A stretch of 63,720 nucleotides of DNA, the filler included, from Sanchytrium tribonematis (Eukaryota), in the NCBI GenBank assembly GCA_018985235.1. It is 24 parts of 24 records of this genome, joined end to end, with 100 filler letters (N's around TTAATTAATTAA, not from the genome) between each part and the next. Parts side by side here need not be neighbours in the genome. Positions count along the whole stretch, not along the records: positions 58,426 to 59,675 come from JADGIG010001345.1; positions 59,776 to 61,024 come from JADGIG010001346.1; positions 61,125 to 62,373 come from JADGIG010001347.1; positions 62,474 to 63,720 come from JADGIG010001348.1; 20 more parts are not named here. The stretch is one strand, 5' to 3'. Of this stretch, positions 58,426 through 63,720 are shown piece by piece (positions within the stretch are counted from its first letter, which is position 1; the number at the start of each line of letters is the position of its first letter). A model generated the notes under the pieces. That model saw only the letters and a list, made by a program, of their open reading frames with translations, did no database searches and was not told the origin of the DNA. Both the position numbers and the translations under genes were made by a program.

Positions 58426-59675
58426 GATGTTGTAGGTTATACTCCGACGGGAGCAGTTTTGACCCTGTAGACCCAAGGGGGTCACGAGGGGTCACGAGGG
58501 GATTTGAGAGATTATTGATTGGCTCTCATATATTACAAAGACTTGTGATATATAAGGGAACCAATCAGTTAAAAGACCAAAACACATATAAACGGGACAT
58601 CCCCAAATAAATATCTATGTCAACGACTTCAAACTTTACACAACATGGTAGCGAGGAAACCCATCTTCCAAAAGCAGAAGGCCACTGTTTAGGAATTGGT
58701 GTTTCAGAATTACAAGAAAACCCCGAAATTGAGAAAACCCCAAAAGCAAAAACAGTTGAAAACATCATTTTAAAGGAATTTAAGGAAAAACAAGGTAAAG
58801 GTGTCTTAAATAAAATGGATTCGGCAGGCAAAAAATTAGTTAAACACGAAAAAGAAATTAAAAAAATTAAAAATAAAACTGAAAAAAGTCCTGCTTCGAA
58901 AATGAATCCACCCACAGGAGAGGTTGAAGGCCGTTCCTCAAATGTGGCGCAAGCAATGGAACAGCTTGGGGATCCTGCGGGGTCTCCGAGACTTGCGTTA
59001 AGACCACCCTTTGAGCAAGCAATTGAGTCTGATAGCATGGACAGTTCAGAAGAAAATGCCTTAAATGAAAGAGAAGGATACTTAGAGTCAAAAGAACTAA
59101 GTCCAACTATCAGAGATGATCCTGATCCACATAGTAATGGATCAGATGACGACAACAGTTCGAATCCCTCACGAGGAGATTCAAGTGACTATAGTCAACC
59201 AAGAAGAGGATCAATGACTAACAGTCTAACCTCTAACACTGCACCACCACCACCTGTGCAAACTGAAACTAGGAGTCCTGACTTGGATAAAAGAAGTTTG
59301 GATACTATTTCTTCACTATGTAAGAATAGTTTAGATAAGTATCATCCAAGAAATGAGATTGAGCCCTGGTTCAGAAAGTTGGAGTTTATGTGTGATCTTC
59401 ACCATTTGGATAAAGAGTATAGGAAATTTGTCATGATTAGACTTATGCCTGAGCATGCTTTCAAGCACATTGAGAGAGAAGGCTTAAAGGTACCTTATGA
59501 AAAATTGAAAAGAAAGGTTATTCGTCTATACAGACCGAAAGGTGTCCTAGACTCTATGTTCAAGGAATGGGAAGCTTGTCGCCAGAAATCTGGTGAACGA
59601 TATGAGCACTTTTATGACAGAGTGCTAGACTATCAAGACAAGATTAACCAATTGGTTTCTGAAGCAAAAGGCACT
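58426..59675 (+). mobile_element. Retrotransposon 5' region with Gag-like ORF (58617 to contig end)
   Basis: Capsid-like IEPWFRKLE...YEKLKRKVIRLY...CRQKSGERYEHFYDRV (MHR-like); upstream TATATAAG (58549), CCAAT elements and 10-bp repeat gtcacgaggg x2. Confidence 0.75.
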
Positions 59676-59775
59676 NNNNNNNNNNNNNNNNNNNNNNNNN
59701 NNNNNNNNNNNNNNNNNNNTTAATTAATTAANNNNNNNNNNNNNNNNNNNNNNNNNNNNNNNNNNNNNNNNNNNN

Positions 59776-61024
59776 TTTATAAATGACATATCCACAATAC
59801 ATTAACAGTATCAAATGAAATCCAGATGCCAAAATAAATGCCCCACTCGGTAAAACATCAAATAAATATCCCCCTAATCTACCAATGATTAAAATACCTA
59901 TTCCACCAAATAATGAGTATAATCCAGCAATACTACCATGATGTTCCTTATTTATATGACTTAATAAGCTCAAACTGGTGACCACGACACCCAATTCACC
60001 AATCCCTAAAAATGGAATAATGGCCCAGATTAATCCATTTCTGGGATCTGTAATACAACTAAGTAGTGCATAGGATATACAAGAGAGTATAGATGCAGTA
60101 ATTAATGGACATAATAGCCATTTTAATCCTGTTTTGTGTTTATTTAAATAATCTGTTAAAAATCCAAATATGACGCATCCAATTAATCCAATGACTTGTG
60201 TGACACCTGTAATGGTACTCGCTAGTTTAAAGCTATCTGCACATGTATTTTTAATATCTACATCACTAGAAACTGGTTTACAAATATGATTTTTCACATA
60301 AAATGAATTGATGAATAATGGGATAAATGTGCTAATTAAAATGGTATTAGATCTGCTTGCAAAACTAGACATGTAAATGACTATATAAAGTGGTATTTTA
60401 AGTGTTTTCAAGGCAGATTGAAAGGATTGTTGCATATTTGATAAATTTATGGAATATTCAATTTTAGGAAATAATAAGCAAATGAGTGCTGCTGCTAATG
60501 CCATACCACCTGCTATATAATAAGTAATGTGTAATCCATTTAATAAATTAGAAAATGATGCTGGTAATCTCAATAAAACCAATGCTCCAAAAATGGCACC
60601 TAATCCTGAAAATATACCAGTAAATGATGAATATTTACCATGATTAGATGCTTTTGAATGTGTAGAAACATATGCAGATAACATGGCAGTACATGCAGCA
60701 CCACCAATTGCAAATAATAGCCTATAAAATACTAAGATTCCAAATGAAGTGGCAATCGTGTATAAAAATAATCCCAATGCCATGAATAGAAATCCGATGG
60801 AATAAACTAATTTAATGCTAGTCAAATCTGCTAATATACCCCATATAAATACAAATAAAATACTCACTAATTCATCATAAAATGTCAATTGACCAATTAA
60901 ATCACCTACAAGATCTGATTGATTTAATTGAAGATTAAAGACATAAGATTGGGTACTACTGAGGAACACGAATAAGCAGATCATCGTAAATACACAAAAT
61001 GAGAAATATATGAGGGGAAATGAT
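59776..61024 (-). CDS. Major facilitator superfamily transporter, partial
   Basis: About 12 hydrophobic helices; WGILADLTS, YRLLFAIG, FGFLTD, GGYLFD. Confidence 0.9.
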
Positions 61025-61124
61025 NNNNNNNNNNNNNNNNNNNNNNNNNNNNNNNNNNNNNNNNNNNNTTAATTAATTAANNNNNNNNNNNNNNNNNNNN
61101 NNNNNNNNNNNNNNNNNNNNNNNN

Positions 61125-62373
61125 AAAAGACTAAAACGATAGTGGATGAATTTAAACCAGTTGGGAAGAAATTAAGAGATTTCTTGGTAGAATATGATGA
61201 ATTACAACCCAATTCATGGCTAGAAAAGATATGGCTAGACAAGGCATATAATATTTGGCGTGTTCCAATTATGATGAATGTGAATTGGTGGACTCGATTT
61301 AAAGATATTTATGACACTTCTAATCATGAATTGATACATAATGGTCCCTATACATCTGTACAAAGTCAACGAGCAGCCAATATTTCATGGCATTTATTAA
61401 AAATGAATCAAATGATTAATAATGAAATAATCCCACCAGAAACCACTAAAAATGGACAACCTATGTGTATGAATCAACTAAAATGTCTATTTCAAGCATA
61501 TAGAACCCCTTTGAATCCTATTGATGAGACTAGAACTGTATTTCCAACCAATTCAGATTATTTTGTGGTTTTCATTGGAAATCAAATTTACAAGTCAACT
61601 ATCCATAATTCATTAAATATTAGTGATTTAAAATCACAATTTACCAAGATCATCCAACATTATTCACAATTAAATGAGAAACAACCTCATTTAGGCATTT
61701 TAACAGCCATTGATCGATCTGATTGGTCTATTTTATACACTCAATTAAATCATCAAAATCAACCCCAAATGGATATTCTAAAGAATGCCCTATTCGCAGT
61801 CGCATTAGATGATCAATCTAATCCCCATTTCCATCATCAATTATTCCACAATCATGGTCAAAATAGATGGTTTGATATAAGCATACTGAGCAAGTCAAAC
61901 AAACTGCCAACTATATGCAAGTTGAATTAATCCATTTTACGCAATATGGTGCTGATTTTATCAAATCTTCCAAATCCAGTCCTGATGCATTTATTCAATT
62001 GGTGTTGCAAATGGCGTATTATTTGACCCATCATCAAGTAGATGCGACTTATGAGAGTGCATCTACTAGATTATACAAGCATGGTAGAACAGAAACATGT
62101 CGATCATTAACCAATGAAATGAAATCATTTGTCACTCAATTTTACAAATTGCCAATGCCTCAAAGATGGTCATTAACCAAATTACCACTCACCAAACACA
62201 TTGAACAACTGTCTAGATGTGCACAGGGTCATGGAATGGATAGATTATTCTTGGGATTAAAAGAAATGGCTATTTTACACGCAAATGAATTATCTGCTTC
62301 AGAACATGAAATCATCACTAAATTTTATCAGGATGTGAATTATACCAAATCAAATACATTTTTATTGAGTACC
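61125..62373 (+). pseudogene. Carnitine/choline O-acyltransferase with internal deletion and frameshift near 61877
   Basis: SWLEKIWLDKAY, PMCMNQ, NRWFD then frame change to FIKSSKSSPDAFIQLVLQMAY, TYESASTRLYKHGRTE, GMDRLFLGL. Confidence 0.85.
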
Positions 62374-62473
62374 NNNNNNNNNNNNNNNNNNNNNNNNNNN
62401 NNNNNNNNNNNNNNNNNTTAATTAATTAANNNNNNNNNNNNNNNNNNNNNNNNNNNNNNNNNNNNNNNNNNNN

Positions 62474-63720
62474 GGAAACCTGGAATTCAAAAATGGCAAA
62501 TTTGAAGCTGCTGCTGATCTTTATAGCAAGGGATTAGATCTGGAGCCAACCCATTTTAATCTAAAATCTAATAGATCAATGGCATACACGAAATCGGGTA
62601 TGTTGGGTCTTGCAGAATTGGATTTGTTGGATTTATTAAAAATTGACGGTGCTCACATTAAATCACTTTTAAGATTGATTGAAGTTTACTACAAGATGCA
62701 AAAATATGATAAATCATTGCAGTATATTGCCTTACTAGATGAGGTGTCTCCACATCACAAAGAAGTGAAAAATTATAGGCTCAAAATTCCAATCAGAATA
62801 AAAGAGCAAGAGCTTGGAGAATATGATTTTAATGCAATGTATTTAGAATCTAAAGAGGAGCGGACTTCCATGAATCTAGACCACGCGAATTATGAAAATT
62901 ACGTCGAAATCAAAACATCCAAATTTGGCAAAGGATTATTCGCCACGGCTGATATTTCTATTGGTTCTCTCATTTTAGTTTCCAAAGCCGTCTCATACTC
63001 AAAGAGAAGCAAAGATTTTGTAGAAATATCTGTCCAACAAGATAATAGGCTCAGTTTAGGGGATAGTTTGGCAAATTCACAAGAATTATTTCGAAAATCA
63101 CGGGATCCATTCATTAAACAACAGATTTGTCTATTGACTGGTAAGCATCAAAGGTACAAGATGGAAGAATTGAACAAAGATGCAGTTTTTGATATTGCAG
63201 AAACAAATGCATTTCATTTGAACCAGACGAGTGGCGTCTTTATTTATCCATCTTTTATCAATCATTCCTGCATTCCAAACACATTTAGATTCTTTTTGGG
63301 TGATATTATGATTATTCGAGCACTGCGCAACATCAAACAGGGAGAAGAATTATTCAATTTGTATGCTCCAAGTGATGGTTCATTAGAAATGAGAAGAAAA
63401 GTATTCAAAACATTTTCATTTGAATGTACATGTGAATTATGCCAATTGGACGACAAATTATTAAAATTTGACTTTAAAAACAACAAATTAAAGAAATGGC
63501 TAAAAAATCAACTAAACAAAGATCACAGCGAATTAGAGATAGATGCTTTGCGGCTGAAGTTAATCTCTATCTATAGCAAACAAACTACCATTGATGCAAG
63601 TCAAATGCTGAAATTATTACGACCAACACCCACGAAAATTCTACATCAGGTATTTTATTCGGGTTTGATGGAGGAAATAGGTGATAGAGAATGGATTGAT
63701 AAGGTGTACTACAAAGGAGT
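62474..63720 (+). CDS. TPR + SET domain protein (SMYD-like fungal family), partial; not in ORF track
   Basis: TPR GNLEFKNGKFEAAADLYSKGL...SNRSMAY; SET GKGLFATADI, PSFINHSCIPN, RALRNIKQGEEL; post-SET FECTCELC. Confidence 0.9.

Noticed and set aside
52948..63720. Apparent clustering of two SET genes, retroelements and helicase as a functional locus
   Set aside because: Each is on a separate contig; order reflects contig naming and size only

Overview
This is not one locus. It is 24 contig pieces joined by 23 artificial 100-nt linkers (N-run + TTAATTAATTAA + N-run). Two pieces are about 16.6 kb (2856-19469 and 33554-50165) and the rest are about 1.25-1.33 kb, so adjacency across linkers is meaningless. 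The DNA is eukaryotic, AT-rich and uses the standard code. It is most likely an early-diverging fungus (inference from a chitin-synthase-type myosin head, a Cet1-type RNA triphosphatase, CryptonF and a Kv channel). Contig 2856-19469 and most small contigs are extremely gene-dense housekeeping DNA, with intergenic gaps of 1-95 bp for many pairs. Contig 33554-50165 is a nested transposon graveyard (MULE, two Tc1, CryptonF, piggyBac-like, pogo, LINE, Merlin, Ty3/Gypsy). Highlights: (1) ultra-short GT-AG introns of 19, 19, 19, 19, 20 and 24 nt that restore reading frames; (2) a recurrent CTCCTTG/CTCC motif just upstream of start codons, a candidate core promoter of this compacted genome; (3) a piggyBac-like element with CGG termini and an AT duplication instead of TTAA, inserted in the catalytic HxxR motif of a Crypton tyrosine recombinase; (4) a stand-alone gene with a Crypton/integrase-like N-terminal helix pattern among housekeeping genes. 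All family assignments come from motif recognition by eye; no database searches were run.
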